Of a stretch of DNA of 64,000 nt, positions 18,839 to 28,547 are shown piece after piece. The position numbers and the translations under genes are program-made. Position 1 is the stretch's first letter. Every line of letters starts with the position of its first letter. The stretch comes from Oligoflexia bacterium. Its GTDB lineage: Bacteria > Bdellovibrionota > UBA1018. The notes under the pieces were generated by a model. The model had not been told where the DNA came from. It ran no database searches and was given only the letters and a program-made list of their open reading frames with translations. The DNA is taken from NCBI GenBank assembly GCA_903881565.1, contig CAIRTR010000299.1, positions 2,645 to 66,644 on the forward strand, read 5' to 3'.

Positions 18839-18999
18839 CTTAGGCCACGGTTATGGTTTTTTGCTAGTGGATGATTTTATTAGTAAATTTAAACAATCAG
18901 GGTTCTTGTTTCGGAAAGGCATACGATTTGAGGGTGGGTATTTTGTGACTCATTACAATAAGCCCCGTGATTTGAGATACTTTCCCTACGGGGATTCAT

Positions 19000-20496
19000 A
19001 TGAAAACCAATTGTTATGTCACCTTCACAAGTAGCTTGATCGTTCTTTGCCTGCTCTTTAGCGGTGGGTGCATGAGGCCCAAGTTTGTGGCCGCTCCTGC
19101 GGCTGCAGTAGTGTCCGACTCGAGTACGGATCCATCTCCTAGTCCCGCGACAGAAGTGAGCACCAGCCCATCGCCTGAGGTGAGTGCCACGGCTACTAAT
19201 GGAACGACTATTTATGTCGATGCGCTTGGGAGTAACACCAACGACGGCAGCAGCGCTCTGAAGGCATTCAAGACCATCACCAAAGCTCTCACTGTGGCAA
19301 CCGCTGGGAATACCATCAGCGTCGCTCCGGGAACCTACAATGCCGCATTAGGTGAAACGTTTCCTTTGATGGTGCCTGAGGGCGTGAGTCTTTTGGGTGA
19401 TCCTGATACGAAGGGTGTCACGACACTCATTACTGGAGAAGGGATTACTAGTCTGCTCGTCTCCGAATTTGGGGGAACATTCACGATTGGTGGGATCGTT
19501 TATTTCAAAGGAGGAGATGTCTCCTTTAAGGGCTTCACTGTTTCAAGTGCTTCGAGAAGTTTTGATTTTGGCACAACTCAAATAATGGGCGCAGTGACTT
19601 GTTACTTGTGTACTTCTATTGCAATTGAGTCCAATAAATTTTCAGCAATTGGGCCTACCATCAGTTACGCCGATAATGGGATTCCTGCAGTCTCGGTAGG
19701 AGGGGGAATTGCCTCAATTGAAAACAATGTTTTCCAAAACGTCTTTAGCGCAATCAATATCCAACCAGCGCTCGAAATTACCGCAACTGTTTTTTCCAAC
19801 CTGTTTTCAGGTACTTTTTACGGTAGTACGGGACTTAATTTTCGGGGCTCCGACACTGCTAAGCTTTTGGTTGCTCAAGTGGGGGATGGTACCGATGCTC
19901 ATGCAAACACCTTTACAAATTTTACTAACGACTCCCATCGGGCGATTTCAATCGCTAAAGCCCTGGTGCGGGTGAATGTTGATACGAATACTTTTACCGG
20001 GAGTGGTGGTATTGAAGTGAGTAGTGATATTACATCCCAGGTTCATTCGTTATTTAGCTGTCCAAGTTGCGAGATTAAGAATAACCACTTCACGGGTTCA
20101 ACCTACTCCTCGATTCGGATCGCTGACGCGCTCTTTGGCAGCGTCAAATCAAATGTCATTGTTTCCGATACCTACTCTGGGATCGACGTCAAGAATTCGA
20201 GTGTCGCCCTGTCACTCAATTCGGTTTCCGGTAATACTGCAATCGGATGTGGGCTTGTGATTGATAATACGGACGCGACAGCCCTTACGTCTTCAGGAGA
20301 TCACTACTTCGGGAATTTGCACGGGATCTGCCTCGCTAGCAGTGCTTCATTGATTTTGACCAACGGGAGTGAAGCTTGCGATGTGACCGGTAATACCACT
20401 GAAAATGTTACCCTTGGTGAATTCACCCACATTAACGTCTCGGGCTGTGCTCAGTTTACGGTCAATTATGGAGGGAATGGGACCCATACCCCTTAA
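19000..20496 (+). CDS. Secreted/lipoprotein-like protein with parallel beta-helix-type repeats
   Basis: Signal peptide MKTNCYVTFTSSLIVLCLLFSGGC, a Ser/Pro-rich linker, then repeated Asn/Gly-rich segments (…NNVFQN…NTFTNFTNDSH…NNHFTGS…) typical of pectate-lyase-like beta-helix proteins. Confidence 0.55.
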   Translation: MKTNCYVTFTSSLIVLCLLFSGGCMRPKFVAAPAAAVVSDSSTDPSPSPATEVSTSPSPEVSATATNGTTIYVDALGSNTNDGSSALKAFKTITKALTVATAGNTISVAPGTYNAALGETFPLMVPEGVSLLGDPDTKGVTTLITGEGITSLLVSEFGGTFTIGGIVYFKGGDVSFKGFTVSSASRSFDFGTTQIMGAVTCYLCTSIAIESNKFSAIGPTISYADNGIPAVSVGGGIASIENNVFQNVFSAINIQPALEITATVFSNLFSGTFYGSTGLNFRGSDTAKLLVAQVGDGTDAHANTFTNFTNDSHRAISIAKALVRVNVDTNTFTGSGGIEVSSDITSQVHSLFSCPSCEIKNNHFTGSTYSSIRIADALFGSVKSNVIVSDTYSGIDVKNSSVALSLNSVSGNTAIGCGLVIDNTDATALTSSGDHYFGNLHGICLASSASLILTNGSEACDVTGNTTENVTLGEFTHINVSGCAQFTVNYGGNGTHTP

Positions 20497-20513
20497 CAGA
20501 GTACCTTAGCGGT

Positions 20514-21251
20514 CTACGGCGCCAAACTCCCCGCATACTTCGCCGCTACTTCTTTCGCCTTGCTCGAGATCCGCTCTATTGGCGAGGCCTGCGCTTTTTC
20601 TAAAAACTCGCGCGCATAGCTTGCCTGCGCAGGCGTGAGCTTAGGGTGGTTCTCAAGAAACCGCTGCACACTCGCGACAGACATGACTTCTGGGTAGGCC
20701 CTAGTTAGCTCATCAGCGCCTTCTAGGTGCTTCTCCTCGCCATGGGCGTCCACTGGGTCGGCTTTGGTGCAATCACTGAGGCTTAAGCAAGGCTGGTCCG
20801 TCACGACCTGGGTCAAAAACGACCAATCTTCTGCTGTCTCAAGTTCTCGGCCCATCAAGAAGACGACCGTGCCACGTTCGTTTCGTTTTTCAGCAGCAAT
20901 CGCGGTGTAGCGCTCTTTAAGTAGTGTTTTGGTAGCCGGACTGAGTTTGCGCAACTCAGTGTCGAGCCTGGGATCATTGTCGTTTTTGGAAATTAGAATT
21001 TCATTCAGAAGTGCGACTCGGCTTTTTGCGTCTTTCCATTCAGGGCCATCGCGCGAAACAGCGGCGGCAGAGGGCATTGGAGATGGAGTGCTTTTGGGAA
21101 CATCCGCTGGTGCGGAGAGTGTGTCTTGTGTTTGAGAGATTCCGGAGGTTGGCGCATTCACCGAATTCAAAGGATGCAGGGATCGATTGAAGGCGACCCA
21201 CACCACTGCGATGGCCAACGCTCCGGAAGCTAGAAGTAACTTAGATTTCAC
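20514..21251 (-). CDS. Secreted hypothetical protein
   Basis: Signal peptide MKSKLLLASGALAIAVVWVAF. No recognisable catalytic motif. Confidence 0.5.
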   Translation of the reverse strand: MKSKLLLASGALAIAVVWVAFNRSLHPLNSVNAPTSGISQTQDTLSAPADVPKSTPSPMPSAAAVSRDGPEWKDAKSRVALLNEILISKNDNDPRLDTELRKLSPATKTLLKERYTAIAAEKRNERGTVVFLMGRELETAEDWSFLTQVVTDQPCLSLSDCTKADPVDAHGEEKHLEGADELTRAYPEVMSVASVQRFLENHPKLTPAQASYAREFLEKAQASPIERISSKAKEVAAKYAGSLAP

Positions 21252-21259
21252 CTGAGTTC

Positions 21260-21940
21260 TTAGTACAGGTCTTTCTTGATAGCGGTAATGGCGTCAGCGT
21301 CGATGATGCGTTTGAATTGATCATCGGCGTAGAAGCCTGCGTCCATTTTTACTTTTTCGTTACAATTTGCGCAAAATTTGGAAACGTTTTTGAGCATGAT
21401 CATCGAAGAGCCGTAAGAACCAAATGGGGTTTCATCACAAGCAGGCTCGCCCGCAAGGGTTGATCCGGTCCAAATGCTGATGATCTCTTTGCCATCGGCG
21501 CCCACAAATGGATCTGGGCAAGTTGCATGTGACCAGTTTCCGTTGCCGGATTCGGTATGGCGAGATTCATGATACACGATCATAAGCCTAGCAATTTGGG
21601 GGTGGCTGAATTTTACAAAGTTCTGGGTGAGCCACATCTTGCTCGGATTATAAAAAGGGATCACACAAGCCACAGCTTTGGCCGATCCGCAGTCATTCAT
21701 GCCGATGGCACTGACTCGGGATTCAAAAAAAGTTTTGTAAGCAGGACCAGAAACCGCACCAAAAATTTTCTGGTGAAGCCCTGAAGTGCCATTGCCCGTG
21801 ACCGATGCCATAAAACCCAAATCAGCAGTCATCTGAGTTTTAATGTCTGATGGGACATTGGTGTCGAATGTATAGGCCATGGCCGGAGCCGAACCTAATG
21901 TGAGTGCCAAAAGAATAAGTGAACTAATTGTTTTAATCAT
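21260..21940 (-). CDS. Secreted hypothetical protein with HExxH (YHESRH)
   Basis: Signal peptide MIKTISSLILLALTLGSAPAMA. Multiple Cys residues. HESRH motif. Confidence 0.5.
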   Translation of the reverse strand: MIKTISSLILLALTLGSAPAMAYTFDTNVPSDIKTQMTADLGFMASVTGNGTSGLHQKIFGAVSGPAYKTFFESRVSAIGMNDCGSAKAVACVIPFYNPSKMWLTQNFVKFSHPQIARLMIVYHESRHTESGNGNWSHATCPDPFVGADGKEIISIWTGSTLAGEPACDETPFGSYGSSMIMLKNVSKFCANCNEKVKMDAGFYADDQFKRIIDADAITAIKKDLY

Positions 21941-22080
21941 GAATCCCCCTTAGTCAAATAAGACTAGGGGAAATTTGGGGGAAAGCAACCCGGTTTGACA
22001 TTTTTTTGACGAATTTTTCAAGAAAAGTTGTGACTGTTTGCGGCATTTTTCTGGCCTATCTCTCGCATATCTTTTGGCTC

Positions 22081-23022
22081 ATGAACACTTCAATTGAGCC
22101 CTTTATTCACCGCAAAGTAGTTGTCATGAACGAAGAAGCACTCGCTTCGGATGCTGCGCGCGCCATGCGTGATCACTCCCTGGGATGTGTGCTGGTCTCC
22201 GGAAATTCCGGAGACGCCGGTTCCGGAGCTGGAGAGATAATCGGCATTGTCACCGACCGCGATTTGGCGTGCAGGCTTGCTGCCGCCTACACTTTTACGA
22301 GTGTCACACTGTCTAAGATCATGACTAAAGGAGTCGTCTGCGCCAGCTCAAGCCAAGGCGTGGGCGAAATTCTCGAACTCATGGAGCGACACGGCGTGAG
22401 GCGTGTCCCGATCATGGAATCGAAGGTCAAAGGCGAATCGCAAAAGTGCATTGGCCTTATCACCCTGGATGACCTACTCGCTTCGTCAATGGTCACTGCA
22501 TCGACCTGCTCGCGAATCATCAGGCGTCAACTGGGTCGCCAAATGGGGCTTCGCCTGGGCCGCAGCGGCGGTGTCTCACGTTTGACTCCGCGCTCTACCT
22601 CGCGCACGCGCCAGACACTTTCGTGTTTTTACAAAGATCAGGCGAAAAAGTCGGATATTGGCGTCGAACTTATTCCGCAGGTCAGTCATGCACTTTTAGG
22701 TGCACTCGTGCAACGCATGACCTATTCGGGCGCTTCGAAGTTCATCGCACAGCTACCGCGACTTTTGCAGGATTCGCTCTTGCAGCTTCGCCCGGGCCCG
22801 GATCGAAGTGTGACGCCTGAGAAAGTTATTCTAGATTTCTCAAGCCGCTTCGAAATCGATGAGGGCCTGGCACGCCAGATTGCCCAAAGTTTCTACTGCG
22901 GTCTCCGAGATCACATCGACCCCGGCGAGATGGAAAACGTACTGGCCCAGCTGCCCGAGGATTTTCGCGCTCTCTTTGAGCTGCCTTATGAAAAAGAACG
23001 GGAGCTCAAGCATGCTGCATAA
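22081..23022 (+). CDS. CBS-pair domain protein
   Basis: Two CBS-like segments (…GIVTDRDLACRL… and …HGVRRVPIM…IGLITLDDLL). The start is uncertain; the longest ORF begins at 22006. Confidence 0.65.
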   Translation: MNTSIEPFIHRKVVVMNEEALASDAARAMRDHSLGCVLVSGNSGDAGSGAGEIIGIVTDRDLACRLAAAYTFTSVTLSKIMTKGVVCASSSQGVGEILELMERHGVRRVPIMESKVKGESQKCIGLITLDDLLASSMVTASTCSRIIRRQLGRQMGLRLGRSGGVSRLTPRSTSRTRQTLSCFYKDQAKKSDIGVELIPQVSHALLGALVQRMTYSGASKFIAQLPRLLQDSLLQLRPGPDRSVTPEKVILDFSSRFEIDEGLARQIAQSFYCGLRDHIDPGEMENVLAQLPEDFRALFELPYEKERELKHAA

Positions 23023-23458
23023 AAAACGAAAAGAACAAATTCCAGAACTTCTGGAGCCCGGAGCAAATGAGCCGGAGTTCTGCACCCCAGGCTCCATTGA
23101 GCAGCAACTGGATATGTGCGAAGAGGGCTCCTTGCGAGGCGACGAGATTCTTCATCATCATGGGGAGGAGCGAGAGGTTGAGGCCACAGCTGAAACTCCC
23201 GTGGACCGCCTGATGGACCGCTATCAGATGAATATGGCTGAAGAAGGACGCGAAGGCGATGAACTCAGTGGAGATGAACACTCTTCGGGGCTTCAGGGGA
23301 GTGACCCTGAACTTTTCGGTGACTCTGTCCAATCGGAGAGAGCTCGCGAGCTCCAGGAGGCGCCTGAGGAGGCTCCTCTGATTCTGCTCCCGCGCCCGGA
23401 AAGAAGAGCAAAACGTAAACACCACGGCAAAGGTAAAAAAGGGGCTAAATCGGCTTAG
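23012..23458 (+). CDS. Hypothetical acidic protein
   Basis: The ORF is coupled to the CBS gene stop (ATG overlapping TAA). Highly acidic, with a basic KRKHHGKGKKGAK tail. Confidence 0.4.
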   Translation: MLHKKRKEQIPELLEPGANEPEFCTPGSIEQQLDMCEEGSLRGDEILHHHGEEREVEATAETPVDRLMDRYQMNMAEEGREGDELSGDEHSSGLQGSDPELFGDSVQSERARELQEAPEEAPLILLPRPERRAKRKHHGKGKKGAKSA

Positions 23459-23502
23459 TTTTCTTTTTTGACTTTTGGCGGGAGTCTTTCTATTACGGAC
23501 CT

Positions 23503-24423
23503 ATGAGCATGCGTTGGAATTTTGTGATGATGCTGGCGTTACTTAGTTTGACCTTTGGGATGTGCTATGCGCATTCAGCTGAAGTCGATGAGCTCACGCT
23601 TCGATTTGCCCAATATCACGAATCCCTGCCCGTCTTGGACGGCGAAATTAATCTGCGGCTGGATTTGGCGGTAGCAGACGCCAATCAATTCCGGGGTTGT
23701 GATGAGGATTTTTTGCTGTATGCGCTGAAGGCTCAGTTTCTGCGCCCTTTTCGAGGACAGGTTGAGGGTTGGGCCGAAAACAATCCAGAAGTTTTCAAAC
23801 AGACCCTTAAACTCTCCCAATCGATTTATCAAGACATCAAGATCTGGCAAAATCCTCCGGTGCACCTTGGAAAATTGGGGCTTGCCAGTGTGTTTCAGCT
23901 CAATGGGATCCTGGTGGGGAGTGATAAGTTAGGTCATTTTTTTGATGAGGGTTTCGAAGAGTTCACGCGCGCTCATAAAAAGGGTGGAAGTGTTGACGAT
24001 GCCCTCCAGTATGGCGTGGATTCGGAAGAAGGTTTTTATGGACTGGCGACCACTGGGGTGAATTCGTATGGCGACCGAGTGGCAAACTTCAATGGACTGC
24101 GTTTTTGGGAGCGCGCTCTTGGAGAGCGCGCTTTGGGTTTAGGGGCTGACTCTCCTTATATCGTCTGCGAGGCAAAGCGGTGGAAGCGTGGTGCTGTTTT
24201 TAGCTTCGCCGATTTTGTCGATGCCGGTTGGGATGAGGCGATCAATTGTAGCGCGTATAAGGATGCCGATTTTGAGGCGAAGGTTAACGCCCGGATCGCA
24301 ACGCTTGAGGCCAAGTTCGGCCGCCCTTTGCAGTGTCCTGTGGATCAAGAGGCGTGTGCGGGTTTGGTGGTTAAGTACGGAGAATTCGCTTCGAAGTTAT
24401 TGCATCCGGCGTGTTTGGAATAA
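23503..24423 (+). CDS. Secreted hypothetical protein
   Basis: Signal peptide MSMRWNFVMMLALLSLTFGMCYAHS. Contains an in-frame 15-nt tandem duplication (ERALGERALG). Confidence 0.5.
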   Translation: MSMRWNFVMMLALLSLTFGMCYAHSAEVDELTLRFAQYHESLPVLDGEINLRLDLAVADANQFRGCDEDFLLYALKAQFLRPFRGQVEGWAENNPEVFKQTLKLSQSIYQDIKIWQNPPVHLGKLGLASVFQLNGILVGSDKLGHFFDEGFEEFTRAHKKGGSVDDALQYGVDSEEGFYGLATTGVNSYGDRVANFNGLRFWERALGERALGLGADSPYIVCEAKRWKRGAVFSFADFVDAGWDEAINCSAYKDADFEAKVNARIATLEAKFGRPLQCPVDQEACAGLVVKYGEFASKLLHPACLE

Positions 24424-24586
24424 GTTGAATTTTTTCAAAATAGCGACCGACGCCGAGTGCGCTGTTGATAACTTCACTCTTTGAGAAGTTGCGGTGGGGT
24501 CAACTTTTTGACAGGCGCTTTTCTGTCCCGCTACAACACCGAAAACAAGCGTTTAGTTCCACCCCCCACTTGCCGATAGGCTAATT

Positions 24587-26053
24587 GTGGAAACCTCTGG
24601 CTCAGACCTCCCTAAATTATTACAGACCATCCTAGGTACTTTTATTGATTTGTGTGGTTGTGATGGAGGTTCAATTTTCACCCTTCACAAAGACGCAAGC
24701 GGTGTGGAGTTTCTCGTTTTTGAAACGATGATCACTCGAAGTATTCGGCTCCACCAAGTTCCTGAAGAGGTGAGCTATCTTCGGTTTCCGGTCGATGAAT
24801 CCTCGCTTGTGGGGCGTACGGCCCAGATGCGTAAAGTTCAAAAAGAATCCTTTTCTAAAGCAGCATCCGATGAAAACCGTGTTGATCAGCTTTTAAACTT
24901 TACTACGAGAAACATTCTCTCAGCCCCCTTGGTCACCCCTCGTGGAGACCTTGTAGGTGTGGTGCAACTTCTTAATAAACTCCCCTTTCCAGGGGGCGGT
25001 GACACGAATCCCATTGTCAAAGAGGATCCTGATTTTGATGCAAGAGATGAACGCTTAGTGAGTTGTGTCGCTGGACAAGCGGCTCTTGCGATTGAAAACA
25101 GTCTTTTGCTTGAAGAGCAGGAGCGCCTCTTGGAGGGTTTTGTCAAAGCCTGTGTGACGGCGGTTGAAGCGCGAGATCCTGTGACTTCGGGGCATTCTCA
25201 GCGTGTTGCGGAGTATTCGGTGGCCCTGGCGGATGCGGTTTCGCGGACTCAAACGGGAGAATACGGGAGTACTAATTTTTCACCCCTGCAAATTCGCGAG
25301 CTTCGTTATGCTGCCGTCTTGCACGATATTGGCAAGATTTCGGTTCGCGAGAATGTGCTCAACAAAGAAAAGAAACTGTTTCCCTGGGACCTTGAGCTGA
25401 TTCACATGCGTTTGAAACTCATGCGTGCGGAGCTACGCCGGCAAGAGGCGCAAAGCGGACGCGACGTTACTGAAGAAGTGAAGCAGATCGAAAGTGCCTG
25501 GAAGATGATTCAAACGGCCAATGAACCCAATGTTCTTTTTGCTTCAGTCGAAAAGGTGCTTTCCGGCATCGCGACCGTCATCGTGAACACGCAGGAGGGG
25601 GAAACGCTTGAAGTGCTTAATGCGCACGAAAAAGAGCAGCTCTCCATTGGCCGTGGAACTTTGACGGCAGTGGAGCGGGTGGAGATTGAGCGACACGTCT
25701 CCAATACTTACGAAATTCTAAAGCGTGTGCCTTGGAGTCGAGGCTTGGATCAGGTGGCGGAGATTGCATATAAGCATCACGAGAAACTCGATGGCAGCGG
25801 GTACCCTTGTCATCTGGGGTCGACTGAGATTCCGGTTCAAAGCAGAATCCTTACGATTTGTGATATCTATGATGCTCTGACTTCGCAAGATCGCACCTAC
25901 AAGCATGCGATTGCCTGGGAGCGCGCGGTGAGGATTCTGGAGCAAGATGTCCGGGGCGGAAAACTTGACGCATCACTGATGAAGATCTTTGTCGAAGCGC
26001 GCGTGTTTGAGCATGTTCATATCTTTACTGAAGAGATCCGTCGCGCAGCTTAA
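24587..26053 (+). CDS. GAF-domain HD-GYP phosphodiesterase (c-di-GMP signalling)
   Basis: GTG start. HD motif AAVLHDIGK and GYP motif HHEKLDGSGYP. Confidence 0.85.
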   Translation: METSGSDLPKLLQTILGTFIDLCGCDGGSIFTLHKDASGVEFLVFETMITRSIRLHQVPEEVSYLRFPVDESSLVGRTAQMRKVQKESFSKAASDENRVDQLLNFTTRNILSAPLVTPRGDLVGVVQLLNKLPFPGGGDTNPIVKEDPDFDARDERLVSCVAGQAALAIENSLLLEEQERLLEGFVKACVTAVEARDPVTSGHSQRVAEYSVALADAVSRTQTGEYGSTNFSPLQIRELRYAAVLHDIGKISVRENVLNKEKKLFPWDLELIHMRLKLMRAELRRQEAQSGRDVTEEVKQIESAWKMIQTANEPNVLFASVEKVLSGIATVIVNTQEGETLEVLNAHEKEQLSIGRGTLTAVERVEIERHVSNTYEILKRVPWSRGLDQVAEIAYKHHEKLDGSGYPCHLGSTEIPVQSRILTICDIYDALTSQDRTYKHAIAWERAVRILEQDVRGGKLDASLMKIFVEARVFEHVHIFTEEIRRAA

Positions 26054-26125
26054 TCGGCTTAGTGTGGCGTCCTATTCATACTTGCCGGGTTGCGTTTCAA
26101 AAAGTCTCATGGAATAATTTGTTAC

Positions 26126-26458
26126 ATGCGCTGGTTTCGGTTTCTCGCATCACTGGCTTTGGTTTGGGTTAGCTTTCAAAGTATAGCGCTACCCATTCAT
26201 AGCATTCGCCACTTTGTTGAGAAGATTCAGGCAGAGCAGCAGGCCCGAGATGATTCACAGGGTGGAGTTGTCTCCTCGGACTGTGGAATTTGTTTCAGTG
26301 CCCACATGACTACTGTGGTCGCTCCGGTCATTGTATCCTTGAGTGCGGGGACGCCTATGGCGCGGCTCCCAGATTCGCGAGAGCTGATCAGCACTACTTC
26401 AAATTCTTATCTACTCCCGAGCGTCAGAGCGCCTCCTTTTTCCTCTTTCCTAACTTAA
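26126..26458 (+). CDS. Small hypothetical membrane/secreted protein
   Basis: Internal Met start MRWFRFLASLALVWVSFQSIA with a hydrophobic N-terminus. Upstream of the zinc-uptake genes. Confidence 0.3.
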   Translation: MRWFRFLASLALVWVSFQSIALPIHSIRHFVEKIQAEQQARDDSQGGVVSSDCGICFSAHMTTVVAPVIVSLSAGTPMARLPDSRELISTTSNSYLLPSVRAPPFSSFLT

Positions 26459-26561
26459 TCTTCGCATTTTTGGCCTAAGTTTAGGCCTTCATTTTAGATA
26501 AAATTATTGCCACGTTGACACGTTTCCCGTCCGTGGCTCGTTCACTTATGAAGGAGAGAGT

Positions 26562-27620
26562 ATGTCATCATCATTTTTTTGGGTAGCCGTATTGTGTCTT
26601 GCGAGCAGTGCTGGGGCGGCCGAGCAGCCATCAGTTCGAGGTAAAGTCTTTAATCCGGATATCAGTGCAAACTTCTTAGGTCTAGGTGCGTGGGGATCGG
26701 CGGTGTCAGACGATCCGCTTCAGGCGCCGCATCGTGGATTATCGCTTCAAGAAGCGGAGCTGCAATTTGTTTCGGACGTGGATCCGTATTTCAGGGCGAG
26801 CGCATTGTTTTCTGTTGCTCAAGAGTCCGGGGCGGCGGGTTTCGGTATTAGCCCCGAGGAGGTTTATCTTGAAACGATTTCGCTGCCGTTTGTTACCTTT
26901 CGCGCGGGCAAAATCAAACTTGCCATGGGGAAACACAATCTGCTGCACACCCATGCGTTTACCTTCATCGATGAGCCACTTGTGCATCAGGCCCTTCTGG
27001 GTTCTGAGGGGCTCAATGAAGTGGGTGTCTCAGCCGCTGTTTTAGTGCCGCTGAATTGGTATTCGGAATTCGTCGTGCAGGGATTTAGTCCAACCAATGA
27101 TGTGCTTTTTGGCGCGCATGCCTCAGGAGAGCTGGGTGTTTTGGGTCATTGGAAAAACCTTTGGGATTTGAGCGATGATTTTACCTTGGAGCTGGGGGCA
27201 TCCGGCGTGGAGGGGAAAAACGCATTGGGTTCTACTTCTACGGCTTTTGGGGGCGATCTGACGTTTAAGTGGCGTCCTTCAGTCGGAGGCAAGTATCACG
27301 CGTTGATCTGGTCTACGGAGTATTTGCAGTCACATGGCGTGACGGGGGAGCTTCTTGGTGGCTTGGCAAGTTGGGTCCAATATCAATTTGCCGAGCGTTG
27401 GTGGGTGCAGGGGCGAGGGGAGCGGCTTGGAATTCCTCATGCTGAGGCTTTTCAGCCACAATACAAAGCAAGTGCGCTGTTGGGTTTTTTCCCTTCGGAG
27501 TTTTCGGGGATGAGGTTGCAGGCGGATCAGATTGTGACGCAAGGGAAAGCTAATTCGGATTATGCAGTACAGGCCCAATATATCATCAGTATCGGCGCAC
27601 ATCCTGCGCATTCGTATTAA
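26562..27620 (+). CDS. Putative outer-membrane channel/porin-like protein
   Basis: Signal peptide MSSSFFWVAVLCLASSAGAA, alternating-hydrophobic beta-strand character, aromatic C-terminus (...AHSY). Immediately upstream of the znuA-like gene. Confidence 0.45.
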   Translation: MSSSFFWVAVLCLASSAGAAEQPSVRGKVFNPDISANFLGLGAWGSAVSDDPLQAPHRGLSLQEAELQFVSDVDPYFRASALFSVAQESGAAGFGISPEEVYLETISLPFVTFRAGKIKLAMGKHNLLHTHAFTFIDEPLVHQALLGSEGLNEVGVSAAVLVPLNWYSEFVVQGFSPTNDVLFGAHASGELGVLGHWKNLWDLSDDFTLELGASGVEGKNALGSTSTAFGGDLTFKWRPSVGGKYHALIWSTEYLQSHGVTGELLGGLASWVQYQFAERWWVQGRGERLGIPHAEAFQPQYKASALLGFFPSEFSGMRLQADQIVTQGKANSDYAVQAQYIISIGAHPAHSY

Positions 27621-27635
27621 AAGGAGCAAATTTTA

Positions 27636-28544
27636 ATGAAACTATTATTGATCGTCGGTGTTTTGATTTTTTCGAATATTTTATTCAACTCGCAAGCCCA
27701 CGCGAAACTCAATGTGCTCACGACGACCACAGATCTACGCTCGTTGGTTGCCGAAGTGGGGGGCGATAAGCTAACGGTTGAGTCCATTGCAAAGGGAACG
27801 CAGGATCCTCACTTTATCGAGGCAAAGCCCTCCTTTATGCTCAAGGCCAATCGAGCGGATCTGCTTGTTTCGGTCGGCCTTGATTTGGAAATTGGATGGT
27901 TGCCTAGTGTAATCCAAGGGGCCCGTAATCCCAAAATCACGCAGGGGAAAAAGGGCTTTCTTGAAGTGGGGCCTTTGGTGAAACCCCTTGAACTGACTGT
28001 GGGCGCGATCACGCGCGCTGAAGGAGATGTGCATCCTTTGGGCAATCCGCATGTGACCTTGGATCCGATTCGTGATGGCGAAATCGCAGTCGCGATCGCT
28101 GAGCGCCTGGGGGCATTGGATGCCCCAAATGGGGCTTATTATTTAGACACTGCCAAAAAGTTCCAGGCGAGGATGTTGGAGAAAACCAGTGCCTGGCAAA
28201 AGCGCTTGGATAAAATAGCGGTCAAAAAGGTGATCACTTATCACAAAACGCTGACCTACTTCTTGGATCGATTCGGGATTCAAAATGTGGCTATCTTGGA
28301 ACCCAAACCCGGAATCCCACCCACCAGTGGTCATGTGCTAGACGTGATTGGCGAGATCAGAGCTCAAAAAGTTCCACTGATTTTGGTGGAGAATTATTTT
28401 GATCCCACGGTCACGCAAAAAATTAAACAAGAAGTTCCAACGGTTCGGGCCGAGACTGTGCCGGTCGCGGTGGATGGCGCTTCGGGAATGGGTTCTTTGG
28501 AAAATGTAATTGAAAATCTCGTTAAGACAATTGAAGGAAAATAG
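27636..28544 (+). CDS. znuA: Metal (Zn/Mn) ABC transporter substrate-binding protein (ZnuA/TroA-like)
   Basis: Signal peptide, then ...LNVLTTTTDLRSLVAEVGGDKLTVESIAKGTQDPHFIEAKPS..., typical of cluster A-I substrate-binding proteins. Confidence 0.8.
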   Translation: MKLLLIVGVLIFSNILFNSQAHAKLNVLTTTTDLRSLVAEVGGDKLTVESIAKGTQDPHFIEAKPSFMLKANRADLLVSVGLDLEIGWLPSVIQGARNPKITQGKKGFLEVGPLVKPLELTVGAITRAEGDVHPLGNPHVTLDPIRDGEIAVAIAERLGALDAPNGAYYLDTAKKFQARMLEKTSAWQKRLDKIAVKKVITYHKTLTYFLDRFGIQNVAILEPKPGIPPTSGHVLDVIGEIRAQKVPLILVENYFDPTVTQKIKQEVPTVRAETVPVAVDGASGMGSLENVIENLVKTIEGK

Positions 28545-28547
28545 ATT

